Part shown: positions 1-12,486 of the stretch, piece by piece
Layout: each line of letters starts with the position of its first letter
Position numbering within the stretch: position 1 is the stretch's first letter
NCBI GenBank assembly: GCA_012295275.1
Contig: CM022665.1
Location: 14,756,001 to 14,820,000, forward strand
Length of the DNA: 64,000 bases
Direction: 5' to 3'
From: Chrysomallon squamiferum
Lineage: Eukaryota; Animalia; Mollusca
Translations under genes and position numbers: made by a program
Notes under the pieces: generated by a model
Told to the model about the DNA's origin: nothing
What the model saw: only the letters and a program-made list of their open reading frames with translations
Databases searched by the model: none

Positions 1-1
1 G

Positions 2-39
<38 letters not shown>

Positions 40-323
40 GTTGTTGTTATTATTATTATTATTATTACTGTTGTTGGTGGTGGTGGTGGTGCTGGTGCTA
101 CTCTTTTTCTGTCTTTAATTTCACGATCTGTTGTCATCTCGTTTGTTTTTATTTCTAGACAGAAGACTAATGTTGTGGCATCTCTAACGTTACAGATATG
201 TACCGTTATATCCCATTCAGGAAGTGACGTGTGGCTTGTAAAATTAGAACATTCTGTAATGATTAAAATTCTATCTAGCTTTTCGGTATCATACCACTAA
301 TACTTTCTTACAAAATGTCCCTA

Positions 324-446
<123 letters not shown>

Positions 447-715
447 GCTCATTCTATTCACACACACAATAATAAAAATAAAAAATAAAAATTACGTCAG
501 AAATTTACAACAACCTTGGACATACTGGAGCGTCTCACTTTCACGTAGTCTAAGTTTGTTCAAGAGACACGGGACACTGAAGCAAATATAAAAAGACAGT
601 TGACATTTCTCCCATTAACAGACTGAAAGGTTAGCTCCAGATTGATTAAATAGATCTAGAACAGCTCGTATTTACCACATTGGTGCCATACTTGTCGCGT
701 CTAACTAACACAGTT

Positions 716-749
<34 letters not shown>

Positions 750-799
750 AGCAGTCTTGTTCTATAGTAGCATTCTTGGGAATTTTTTGTTTTGTTCAA

Positions 800-1132
800 T
801 ACTGATAGAAAGTTTTTATTATTTGCTAATTTTATTTTTTTGCAACACTGGCTGAAAGTTTTTGTTATTTGTTAATCTCTGTTTCCTTCAAGGTTGTATG
901 TTGAAGTTTTTTGTTTTAACTGTAATGTAATCCATCTGCCACGTGCAGTTCAAACTATTCACGTATCAGACGTTACAAACATGAACAGTGCTAATGTATT
1001 AAGTTTGGTTTTCCTCAAGATTTATGGAACGTTTTAGTTATTTGTTAGTTTTGTTTTTCTTCAGGACTGAAAGAAAGTTTTTGTTATTTGTTGTTTTCTT
1101 CAAGAGTGAAGGAAAAATTTTGTTATTTGTTA
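800..1132. repeat. Degenerate ~40-47-bp tandem repeat (actga..gaaagtttttgttatttgtt...ttcttcaag), interrupted at ~917-1000
   Basis: About 5-6 partial copies of aagtttttgttatttgtt. Confidence 0.6.
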
Positions 1133-2300
1133 CTACTACCACCACCACCACCACTACTACTACTACTTCTAATACTACTACCACCACCACCACACTACTA
1201 CCGATTCTACTACTACCACCACCACCACTACTACTACTTCTAATACTGCTACCACCACCACTACTGATTCTACTACCACCACCACCACTACTACTACTAA
1301 TACTACTACCACCACTACTACTGATTCTACTACTACCACCGCCACCACTACTACTACTACTTCTAATACTACTACCACCACCACTACTACTGATTCTACT
1401 ACCACCACCACCACCACCACTACTACTTCTAATACTACCACCACCACCACTACTACTACTTCTAATACTACTACCACCACTACTACTGATTCTACTACCA
1501 CCACCACCACCACTACTACTTCTAATACTACCACCACCACTACTACTACTACTTCTAATACTACTACCACCACTACTACTGATTCTACTACCACCACCAC
1601 CACCACCACTACTACTTCTAATACCACCACCACCACTACTACTACTACTTCTAATACTACTACCACCACTACTACTGATTCTACTACCACCACCACCACC
1701 ACCACTACTACTTCTAATACTACCACCACCACTACTACTACTACTTCTAATACTACTACCACCACTACTACTGATTCTACTACCACCACCACCACCACTA
1801 CTACTTCTAATACTACCACCACCACTACTACTACTACTTCTAATACTACTACCACCACTACTACTGATTCTACTACCACCACCACCACCACTACTACTTC
1901 TAATACTACTACTACCACCACCACACTACTACTGATTCTAATACTACTACCACCACTACTACTGATTCTAATACTACTACCACCACCACCACTACTACTA
2001 CTACTTCTAATACTCCTACCACCACCACCGCACTACTACTGATTCTACTACTACCACTATCGTCACCGCTACTACTACTACTACTGCTTCCACTACTACT
2101 TCTAATACTACTACTACCACCCGCCACCACTACTACTACTACTTCTTCTAATACAACTACTAATATCACCACTACTATATATTATATTACTTCCACCACC
2201 ACCACTCATGTTACTGCTGTTGCCACTTCTATTACTACTACTTCTACAACAACTACTGCTACTACTACTGCTTACTCCCCTGAGACTGCTACTACTATTA
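1131..2300. repeat. Complex ACT/ACC trinucleotide satellite with a 93-96-bp higher-order unit
   Basis: Recurring TGATTCT and TTCTAAT landmarks; five consecutive one-plus-two units at ~1390-1865. Confidence 0.95.
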
Positions 2301-2592
2301 CTGGTATCCTCCCACTTGTTTCACATCCTATTTGTCACACACCTCACAACAACCAAGGTCATGGCTAAGTGAAGTACTGATCACATATCTTCTACCTAGC
2401 AATGATGGACTCATCTTCGACAGATAATAATATTAAGCACATCCCTGTCATAAAAGTATATATATATTCACACACACATATGTACATTCATGTCAATGCC
2501 TTATAAATTCATTCATATAACAAATGAATTATATGAATTATAATATCAAATTTATCACATATGAACGATACAAGTATCGTTAGGGCATAGAG

Positions 2593-2864
2593 CAGACATG
2601 GGAAACCTTTTTTGAGAAGCGGGCCACATGAGACATGGCTCATCCTCAGGTGGGCCGATGTACTAATTTAGGCGATTTTGTGTTTTTACGTAGAGTTTAT
2701 TTTAAGAAATTTTTCATTTTCATTTACTTCAGGAAATGTTATAATAAAAAATTAAATGTGTTTTAGTATATTAGTAGACACAAAATAGACTCATTTTATA
2801 AAATTTGAATTAACGTTAGCGGGCCACTCAGAAAGCCACGCGGGCCGCAGTTTGCCCACGACTG
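2593..2864. mobile_element. hAT (Charlie-type) non-autonomous MITE, 272 bp
   Basis: Perfect 8-bp TSD GCATAGAG at 2585-2592 and 2865-2872; imperfect TIRs CAGACATGGGAAAC / revcomp CAGTCGTGGGCAAAC; repeated subterminal GCGGGCC motifs. Confidence 0.88.
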
Positions 2865-3419
2865 GCATAGAGTGTGTATCTGTGATTTCTATCGATTGGC
2901 TTAAAGGAAGAAAAGGTACAAGAATTGAAAACAGAAAACAACAAAGTTTAAACAAAACAAGTGACAGCGGTTTAACTATCATTGCTTATACTAGAAAGTA
3001 ATTAATTTCCCGAGTCATTAACCCCAACAAAAACCTTCAGTCTAAGATAATCCCACTATCACGTGACCTGTACAACCAATCAGACCAAGTAGTTTGTTAA
3101 TCTGACTTACTGGTTCTGAAGGTGACAACAAAAGCATCTTATGAGTTTAACAGTCGTAGACAAAATTTGTAGTGACACTTTATCACAAAATAAATAAATA
3201 AATACATAAATAAAATTTTATAGAAAGCCAATTAGTACTTAAAGTTCATATATATATATTTGCGAGTACTAGAATATATTTTCCTGAGTTATTAAGTTAT
3301 TATTATTATTAGTGTATTTAGTATTTAAATTAAACGAAAAACACTTGATTGTCATTGACTGCTCCATTAATATTATAGGGCTTTGCTTAATTAACAAATG
3401 GGAGAAAACCCTATTACCA

Positions 3420-3872
3420 GTGCTACTACTATTACACTGTTACCACTGCCCGCACCGCTAGTACTACAACTACTGCTGCTACTACTACTACTATTTTAAT
3501 ATTACTACTGCAACAGTCACTTTATTAACATTAATACTTCTTCTAATGTTACTATTATAACTATTAATATAATAACAACTATTACTTCTGTTACTGCTGT
3601 TAACCATCTACTACTACATCAACAACAACTACTACTACTACTACTACTACTACTAGTACTACTACTACTGTTGCTACTACTTATCTTATATACAACAACT
3701 ACTACTACTATACTGCTACTTGAACGACTACTACTGTTACTACTGCTACTACCACCACTACCACTACTACTACCATCACTCCTTCTTCTACTGCTGTTAC
3801 TACTGCTACCACTACCAATATCACTAGTACTATCATTACTACTGGTACTGCTACAGGTACTTCCCACCACTG
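3420..3872. repeat. Degenerate (ACT)n low-complexity tract
   Basis: Direct reading. Confidence 0.9.
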
Positions 3873-4064
3873 TTTTGAATCTGAATGCGAGATCAGGATC
3901 GTAACTAGTCAAATATGCATGACCCAAAACCTTATGTTTCCTATGTTTACCGGGTTATCACCAGGAAATAAGCTTAATAAAACGTAACCGTGACTTGAAA
4001 AGACTTTGATTGCTGACCAATACTTTAATTATTGCGATCATTACTTGTACTGCTTCACAAATTC

Positions 4065-4300
4065 CGCCAGCTGTTTTATCAATCAAAATGCATTTGGCTA
4101 ACACTGGGGTGATTTTATCAGCGCTTATCAAGGACAGGTTGGGTGATTTTATCACCGCTTATCACAGACGGGTTGGGTGATTTTAACGTAGATTAACAGT
4201 TACGGACAATTTTATTTCAGCGTTGCATAGCTGTGAAGGGCACTGTCATTTTCAGCGTTGCGTGTCTATGATGGTCAACGTTTTTGAAGCGTTAAGTATT
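4065..4300. repeat. Degenerate ~34-36-bp minisatellite (gggtgattttatcaXcgcttatca)
   Basis: Three clear gggtgatttta copies (about 4107, 4141, 4175), decaying into tttcagcgttgc copies. Confidence 0.65.
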
Positions 4301-5035
4301 AATGATGTGGAAGTTGATTTTTAATCTGACGTATCTGCAAGGGCAGTCAGATTTACTGAGTAAGATATAAGAAAGTAATTATAAGAGAAAGCTGTCCATG
4401 ATTTTATCTCAATGCTTCACTGAGAAAGTCAACAGTTTATGAAAACCAGCATTAAGAAATCGAAAGTTAAAAAAAAAAAAAAAGGAAATCAGGAAAAACA
4501 AATGTGTTCTTTATATTAGTTTCAAGGCCACTTTTCATATTATAGTGAGATACGATACAGAAATACAAGAAAAATAAATTCTACTTTTCCGTAGTCTTTT
4601 TGTTTTATCTTCTTTCATTAACCCTCCCCACGCAAAAAAAACCCCAAAACTATTAATTAATAGCAGCTGTTTAAAAAATAATAAATAAATAAATAAAATA
4701 TTACATTTAAATCGCTGTCTTTTAAGTTAAATCAATTGTCATAGTTTAAGAACTAAATTATGACTTCCTGTTGTAGTTTAAGACAATTAAAAATACTTTA
4801 CTTATTTTCTCGGTAATTTCTTCCATCGTTGTCTGCGGACCACCTTGTAAGATATAAACTGAATTCAGTTTGTGTCTATTAAACGTTGTGTTTACGTTCA
4901 GATAAAACCATGAGAGCCGTTATTGTTGACAGTAGTCTTAACTACATCTACAAAACGTGACATTGCAGAGAAACAGTTGACGACTTGAAGATGTTGTGCC
5001 TCAATCCATTTCTTAATATATAGGCCTATATATAA

Positions 5036-5036
<1 letters not shown>

Positions 5037-5093
<57 letters not shown>

Positions 5094-5148
5094 GTGTGTG
5101 TCTAGTTTTATTATTTTTATTTATTTATTTCATTTTTTATTTTATTTT

Positions 5149-5212
<64 letters not shown>
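5037..5212. repeat. (TG)n followed by T-rich tract and ~60-nt poly-T
   Basis: Direct reading. Confidence 0.95.
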
Positions 5213-7279
5213 CGCTTTATCATTCTTTTAAGGGAGCTGGATCAAAACATCAAAAAGCCAGCTTATTAATAATAACTAGGCCTTGAAGAAACCAAAATGT
5301 TTCGTTTTTCTTTTCTTGAGTGACACTCGTGGAAAAATACGCGTAACAAAACGCCTGCATCGTCTGCAGAAGAATAATCAACAATAGATTTCCTTTAAAC
5401 TGCGTGCACACTGAGAAAACCTGTTTTGTAATGTTTATCTTTGAACGAAAGATCGTTCGCTATGTGACAGCGGTCTCCTCCCCGTCTAACGAGTGAATGT
5501 TTACTTTGGCAACTTTTTGTAGGACAAATGTCAACTGCTACTACTCATGTCCAGGTTTGTGCAAGGATTTATGGCTTCTTCATTTTTTATTTTTTTTTTC
5601 ATTTTTTTTTATTCTTTTCCCTTCTATTTTCATCAAAGGATTTCTTCGCGTGTTAACCTGCTTCAAGAAATAGCTGAATAGTTTATAAGAACTGGTGGTT
5701 GAAAGGATTGAATTTCCACTCTGTTTTCTTCACTTTTTTATTTTTTATATATGAAGAGCTCAGTTGCAAAAAGGATTTAGGTCCATTTTTGGTAAAATTA
5801 GTTTGTAACATTGGTTAATCATTGCTTCATGATGACAAACGTAATTGGATGTAAAAATCATTGATATTATCCAATGGTAAAGGACAACTGAATTTCTATT
5901 GATAGTGCAAAAAAGCTTACGTCCTTTTTATTTTATTTTGCGTTTTTTTAAAAGTGATAATCTGTGCATATGATTTTTTATAACTGATACGTATATGAGA
6001 AAGACAGACAGATATATGTATAGAGAGAGACGGAAAGAGACAGAACGAGAGAGATACAGAAAAGGACAGGACAACGGGGAGAGACAGAGCCAGATAGAGG
6101 GAGAGAAAGAGAGAGACACAGAGAGATAGAGAAAGAGACAGGGAGACAGAGAGAGATAGAGAGAAAGTGACAGATCACTCTTCAAAACATTGTTTCCTAT
6201 TGCTTTATCTTCTTTTCTTACATTTCTTCCTATTCTCTTTAATTATTAATTTAATTTTTCTATTTGTTTATTTATTTGTTTACTTATTTACTTTCTATGC
6301 TTTGATTTTTCGTATCTTAAATTTAAAACTTTTTCTCCTCCCTTTTATTTATTTTTCTTTTTTCTCGCTTTTTTAAAACTCAGTTTCAATTTCGTCATTT
6401 TAAAACAGGTTGTTATCACTTATAATCCATTCATCAGGATTCAGTTTCTGATTCATATCTTTGTGAAAAGCAGAATCTACTTATTAAAGGTACTCTGTTC
6501 AGAACTGTGCCCAAGTCTTGACACTGTGTTAAACATCGCTCAACAAAGCACAACACTTTGAATTACCACAGGACTCACGTAACTAAATAAAAAAAATTAA
6601 AATGGACGGGTTTTTAAACAGAGGTTTTATGTCACAATTTATCAGGACATAAATAAAAAGAAAACTGGCACATCAGAGGTGTGTAAAGTTTCCTCTCCTC
6701 GGTGTTTAATAAACATGAAGTGTGTGGTTTTTTTTGTTGTTTTTTTTTTTTTTTTCCATGTCTCTTTAGAGATAGGTGTATGCTAAATCGTTGAAGGTAA
6801 TACATTGTTTTCAAAATTAATTTTTTTCTTGATTATTATTGTTGTTGTTGTTGTTGTTACTGTTATTATTGATGTTGCTGTTGTTGGTACTACTATGTTT
6901 TTGTGTTGTTTGTTATTGCTTTAAATGAAGAAAAAAGCTTGATGATATTATGTATACATGGATACATGTGTGTCTGTGTTTTACATTACTTTTTTCCACT
7001 TTTGTTTTGTTTTATAATATTTATTTATTTAATCACTTATTTATTTGCTCACCTACATACGTATAGCTACATGTACTTTTATTTTATTTTATTTTTATTA
7101 TTACTATCTGATTCATTTAAAGTTGTTTTTCCCTTTCTTTTTCTTTTCTTCTTTTTATTTATTTTAATTTAAATTTTTTTTCTACATATTTTCAAAGCTA
7201 ACCACATTATGTAAAATATGTTGCTAATTCAGTTTTGCCCCCCCCCCAACGCCCCTGTATTTCTAACACAGTACACTAT

Positions 7280-7532
7280 TTTAACTTGCAGTGAATAATT
7301 TATTTTAACTCATGAATATTAAAAATGTTTCTTACATATAATATCGCCTTAACGACGAAATCTCGCCTAGTGGTTCAAACAGTTTGACGACAAAAAGAAT
7401 TATTTCACATAGCACGTCGCTTTCGTCTAGCCCGTTATATAACGGTAATATCAACCATTTAGAGGATTTACAAGTAACAAGGCGATTTTAATACCCGAGA
7501 AATAACGAGATTATTTTTATACTGCTGTTAAA
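7280..7532. mobile_element. Possible old MITE with degenerate ~45-bp terminal inverted repeats
   Basis: Left tttaacttgcagtgaataat...tattaaaaat vs revcomp right tttaacagcagtataaaaataat...tattaaaat; internal perfect palindrome CCGTTATATAACGG 7432-7445. Confidence 0.4.
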
Positions 7533-7569
7533 TTGGTGTTCTGGTTTGTTTGGGGTTTTTTGTTGTTCG

Positions 7570-7670
7570 TTTGTTTATTTGTTTGTTTGTTTGTTTGTTT
7601 GTTTGTTTGTTTGTTTGTTTGTTTGTTTGTTTATTTGTTTGTTTATTTGTTTGTTTGTATGTTTGTTATT
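7570..7670. repeat. (TTTG)n microsatellite
   Basis: Direct reading. Confidence 0.95.
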
Positions 7671-8039
7671 ATTTTTATTCCTCCAAATTCGTTTTCTGAA
7701 AAATTAAAATAAATAAATAAAAAATGTATCTGTATTAATATATGAAGAGATGGATAGTATTTGTGTGTATGTACATTTGTATGTATGTTTCATGTTGTAT
7801 GTGTGTTTCTATGTATGTATGTATGTATGTGTGTGTGTGTGTACGTGTGTGTATTTTATATTTTAAGATGTGTCGATATATATGTTACATAGTACAGCTT
7901 CCAACCATTAAACTAACAAAAAAAAAAAAAAACTTTATTAGCGGGAAGAAGAAAAAACTAAATAATTGGGAAAAGGTAAAAGATCACTAAATGATCTAAA
8001 AAAAAAAAAAAAAAAAAGAATTATGGACATAAGTAGGTC

Positions 8040-8500
8040 CATGCCGACTCTTTACACCAGTTTGTGTATAGTTGTGTTTGGAAACGTGCTAAAACTGTTT
8101 GCTTTTACTTCGCGAGTTAACCAGGGTCGACATGGTTTGTTTTGCACACTTTGAAGTTGCCGAGCGGTAGTTCTTATGGTCGGGTCGTAGGGTAGATAAA
8201 ATTCCAGTGAAAGAAAACGTCGACATGACAGCAATGTCGGCGTTACTCTGGAGGTGGAACGGCCGCTAACCTCTCCCACATTATCGTTAACTTAATTAAA
8301 CAGTTGTGGTATGCGGTGCACCTGTCGTGCGGCGGGATTTAGTAAGTACAAAAAGCCAGTCGTGTGCGCTTTCGCTTGTTAAATTAAACGCGCTGATCCT
8401 TTGCTCACGATAGATTCTTGTCATTTTTTTTTTTTTTACAATGTCACTAAGCCAAAGATCTTTTAGTGTGCGTAGGTGAATCGTAACACGTCTGAAATGT
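8040..8500. promoter_or_regulatory. CpG-rich non-coding island (candidate enhancer)
   Basis: Unique complex sequence, high CpG, no credible ORF; CACCTG/CAGGTG-type E-box, TTAATTAA and TGACAG motifs. Confidence 0.35.
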
Positions 8501-10354
8501 TCAGTCTGAGAAACTGTTTTTTGAAAACTTTGTGAAAACGCTACAACTAGCATTACTACGATTGTTTTTATCTCTTCTCTTGAATTGTAGACCGTCACTA
8601 TTAATAGTGATGTTACTGTCACCACAATGCATTACAGCTGCTAATGGATACAAAGCGGTAGTTAAAAACATGTAATCAAAAATTGAGAGTAATATAAATA
8701 AAAACGCACACACACAAACACTGACATGCATACACAATCTACATATACATATATATTATAGACAGACAGAGTGAACAAGAGAGCGAAATAAAGTCTCAGG
8801 CACTACAAAATGACTGCAAAAAAAAAATAAAAAAAAAATTGTATCTTGCTCAAGATTTAGATACGAAGTTTCAAAGTGTTAACAGATAGAAGACTTATTT
8901 CCACTGATTTACTCTTGAGGCGAATATTTGATTAGTTCTGTAAATTGCGTTCTGTGTATTCAACACGCGTATTTTCTCTTGTTTGCAGAACTAACCGAAT
9001 TATCACTAGAACTTGAAACACCTGATTACAGAATTACCACATCTTGAACCCCTAAGATAACAAAACACTGGCTGCTAATCTGCCCGTATAGCTGCCTATC
9101 ACTCTTTTGTTTCGAAAAGAATAAAACTTGTATGGCTCTTCTGTGTGCGAGGATAAAAACTGATACCCTTTCAATGGCGGCTATCAAAGGTACTTCGAAA
9201 GGCGCCGAACTAATATCTCATTCATCATCTATGAACAAACAGAGTAGATGCAGGGAAACTTTTGCCGAGATTACCGCCTATTCTTAGGCAGGCCAATTAA
9301 GAAAAACTTCCATTGAGGTTTCCAAGATAAATGTTCTTTTCCTTTCTTTCATATCAGTGGTTGCCTGGACGCCACTGGTGAACCGAGCAACAGATCGTTG
9401 TTGCGCCAAGCTGTAACCTCTTTTTGATAATTTCAATTTGGTATTAGATTAAATAAATGAAGGCAGGTCACACCTCTCGTTTGTTCCTTTACGGACAGCA
9501 TTAAAATCGTATTTTGTTAGACTTAAGCTTAGAAATCAAATTCATTTCTTTATTTCTTTTTTTCTTTTATTTTTTTTTTTTTTTTTTTTTTTTTTTTGTT
9601 GATGGATTAATCATGCCTTACTTCTTTCGTTCTTTCTTTCTTTCTTTTTTACACAGAGAATATAATTTGTCCATCATTCATACTCAGACATTGTTAAAAG
9701 TAAACAATTGTTTGTGTTAATCCTCTGGTGTGTATCCAAGAGGTGGTAAATCTCAGATAGTCTGGATTATTTTTTGGGGGCTCTCACCTTTTTCCCAATT
9801 TAGGATTTAATATACTATTTCTGGTTACGTTAGTTATTCGCAGACATTTATTTATTTATTTATTTATTTATTGTTTGTGTGAGTGTGTTTGTGTTTGTTT
9901 TTGTGCATGTATGTATGGCTGTATGGACGGATGGATTGATGGACAATAAACCTTACTATTAAGACGATACCTCCGCAAACAAGCGTAGCATTTCGTATTT
10001 TTACTGAATTTTGAAAACACCATTCTGTATAACAAAATATAAAACCACAATAATGTCATCATGAAAACATTTAACGTATATTTCTCTTTCGTTTTCGTCT
10101 AGCTCTGATTCCGAGCATGAAAAGTTTATAACCCAGCTTTGATAATGTTACTTTGACATGAGATATCGAAAACGAAACACGCCCCGTGATCAAAAGTATT
10201 TCAGTAATTTAAAACAGCAAGTTTCTTTTGGAAGTCGTTTGTAGGGGTCATGCTCCGTGTTCCTGGTTCATTTGAAAACGCCTTTGAAAGTAATAGGTGA
10301 CTATATTGATAAAACAAGGTGCAATATTCATGCTACTTAGATTAATACAACAGT

Positions 10355-10431
10355 TATATTATTATTGTTATTGTTATTGTTACTGTTACTGTTACTGTTA
10401 CTGTTACTGTTACTGTTACTGTTACTGTTAC

Positions 10432-10480
<49 letters not shown>

Positions 10481-10570
10481 GTTGTTGTTGTTGTTGTTGT
10501 TGTTGGTTTTATTATTTTTGTTATTATAATTGTTGTTGTTGTTGTTATTACTATTACTATTATTATAATT
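10355..10570. repeat. Compound (TTACTG)n/(TTA)n/(TTG)n microsatellite
   Basis: Direct reading; explains the CY/Y/C-run ORFs. Confidence 0.95.
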
Positions 10571-11549
10571 TGATTCGGGTGTGTGATAAAAGACACGTTA
10601 CTTCTGTGTTTTATTTTAACAAAATGTGTGCTAGAAGTAGATGTGTCATGTTTTGACTCTCTTTACTTTGATCACTTTTTACATACATACACGCACACAC
10701 ATACATCACATACACATATACATACACTGCTGCGTACATCCATGCATACATACGTACATACACGTTTATAAATAATATATACATGTATACATACATACAC
10801 ATGCATTTTAACAGATACATATACATATATGCATTCATATTATATACATACACACATATATACATATACCTAAATGTGTACATATGCACTTAGTTGCGTA
10901 CACAAATACGTATTTGTGGTTTTTACTATGTAAAATCGTGGAAAACAAGGGTTAACTATTGTATGTAATATGATCCATTTGTTACGTGTAAATTCAAACT
11001 ATTCAAGTATCACGTTTCAAACGTGGACGTTGTTATGTTACGTGCATTAGTGAAACACAACATCTACCAATTACAGCTTCATTTACGTTAATTATTCACT
11101 TCTTAAAAAAAAAAAACAGTAATAATAAATGATGATGATGATGATGAGACTATGATGACGATGATGATGATAATGATTATAATAATAATAACTGGTGCTA
11201 AGAGAAAGAACCATTGGACATGGTGTGAACGTTTATGTGTGTGTGTGTGTTTCCGTGTGTCTGTGCGTGTATTTGTCTGAGGGTATATGTATTTGTGGTG
11301 AGTGTGTATATATGTATATGTATACATATCAGTGAACACAATATGGAAAATTTATGAAAAGCTTATTCGACACGATATTAAAAACATTTTTATTATCATG
11401 CATGTATCCGCATAAATAGTTTAAACAAGTCTGTCATGGACTGAAACTGCGACGGAGTCTATTCCATATTCATAATAGATTATAATCCTTTTTTTATGTA
11501 GCTTAAATATTAATATCCTCTTATGTTCTTAATTTCCTATTCTTATTTC

Positions 11550-11787
11550 TGTGCAGAATGGCTGGTCACGATAATTTAATTCTCTGTAATGTCCGGCGAC
11601 ACAAACAAATCGCTCCCAATAGTTCTGATAAATTAGTACAACAAAGACCAGCAAGGGACAAAATATATATTGCTTCATTATTATAGCTTCCCGTGTGATC
11701 GCGAAAAACATAAACCATGTCAGGCTTGACTCGTTTTACAAATTAATCCACGCGTTCCTAGAGGCGACTTTAAACGCCCGGAGCTCC

Positions 11788-11827
<40 letters not shown>

Positions 11828-12050
11828 ACAGGCCCGTATTAATTAATTTTACACAAAAGCCGCGAAATGTTAGACCAGTTCCCTGTCAATCATACCGGTG
11901 CGTTACTGATTGAACGGCCGACACGTAGGTAACAGAACCAGTCCAATATGCCCCGACTTCAACAGAGCGTATCAAACCTGCCATCGTTACTCATCTTTGT
12001 TTTAAAAGTGGTAAATCTCTTGAAAGCCAAATTAGAAAACCATTCCCTGT
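11550..12050. promoter_or_regulatory. CpG-rich non-coding island with a Pbx-Meis decamer
   Basis: CTGTCAATCA 11883-11892, TTGACAG near 11825, TAATTAAT cluster. Confidence 0.4.
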
Positions 12051-12403
12051 TTAGAAGGCTTTGTGTTGTACTAATACTCTATATTGGTGCTAACAGGACG
12101 TAAAAATAGAAAAAAATAAGGAGAAAAACAAGAAGAACAAATATGTATCTACTGACACAGATATATAAATATTGATAACGAGGTTCCAGCAATTAATACT
12201 TGTTTTCTCCTTCTTCTTGTTGTTATGCCGTGGGGTTCAATACTGCTACAGAGTTAAAAAAAAAAATCAGCAGATTATATATTGAACTCTGGGTCATCTT
12301 TGTTGTTTTTCAATAATTATACATTGTAAATAGAAAGGTATTTTTGAGTTTGTATCTTTGAAAGAGAAAGTCAGAGAAAGAGAGTGGCTAGCTAAAATAT
12401 TAG

Positions 12404-12486
12404 CTACATACATACATACATACATACATACATACATACATACATACATACATACATACATACATACATACATACATACATACATA
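12404..12486. repeat. (TACA)n microsatellite
   Basis: Direct reading. Confidence 0.97.

Noticed and set aside
1024-2172. Long ORFs of 303, 248 and 86 aa (poly-L/P, poly-V) and a mucin-like Thr frame
   Set aside because: Products of an ACT/ACC satellite; the Thr frame is broken near 1192, 1923, 2030 and 2121 and has no clear acceptor or start.
5226-6770. TTAA-flanked Kolobok/piggyBac-like ends (ttaagggagc 5228, ttaaaggtac 6484)
   Set aside because: No convincing matching inverted terminus found.
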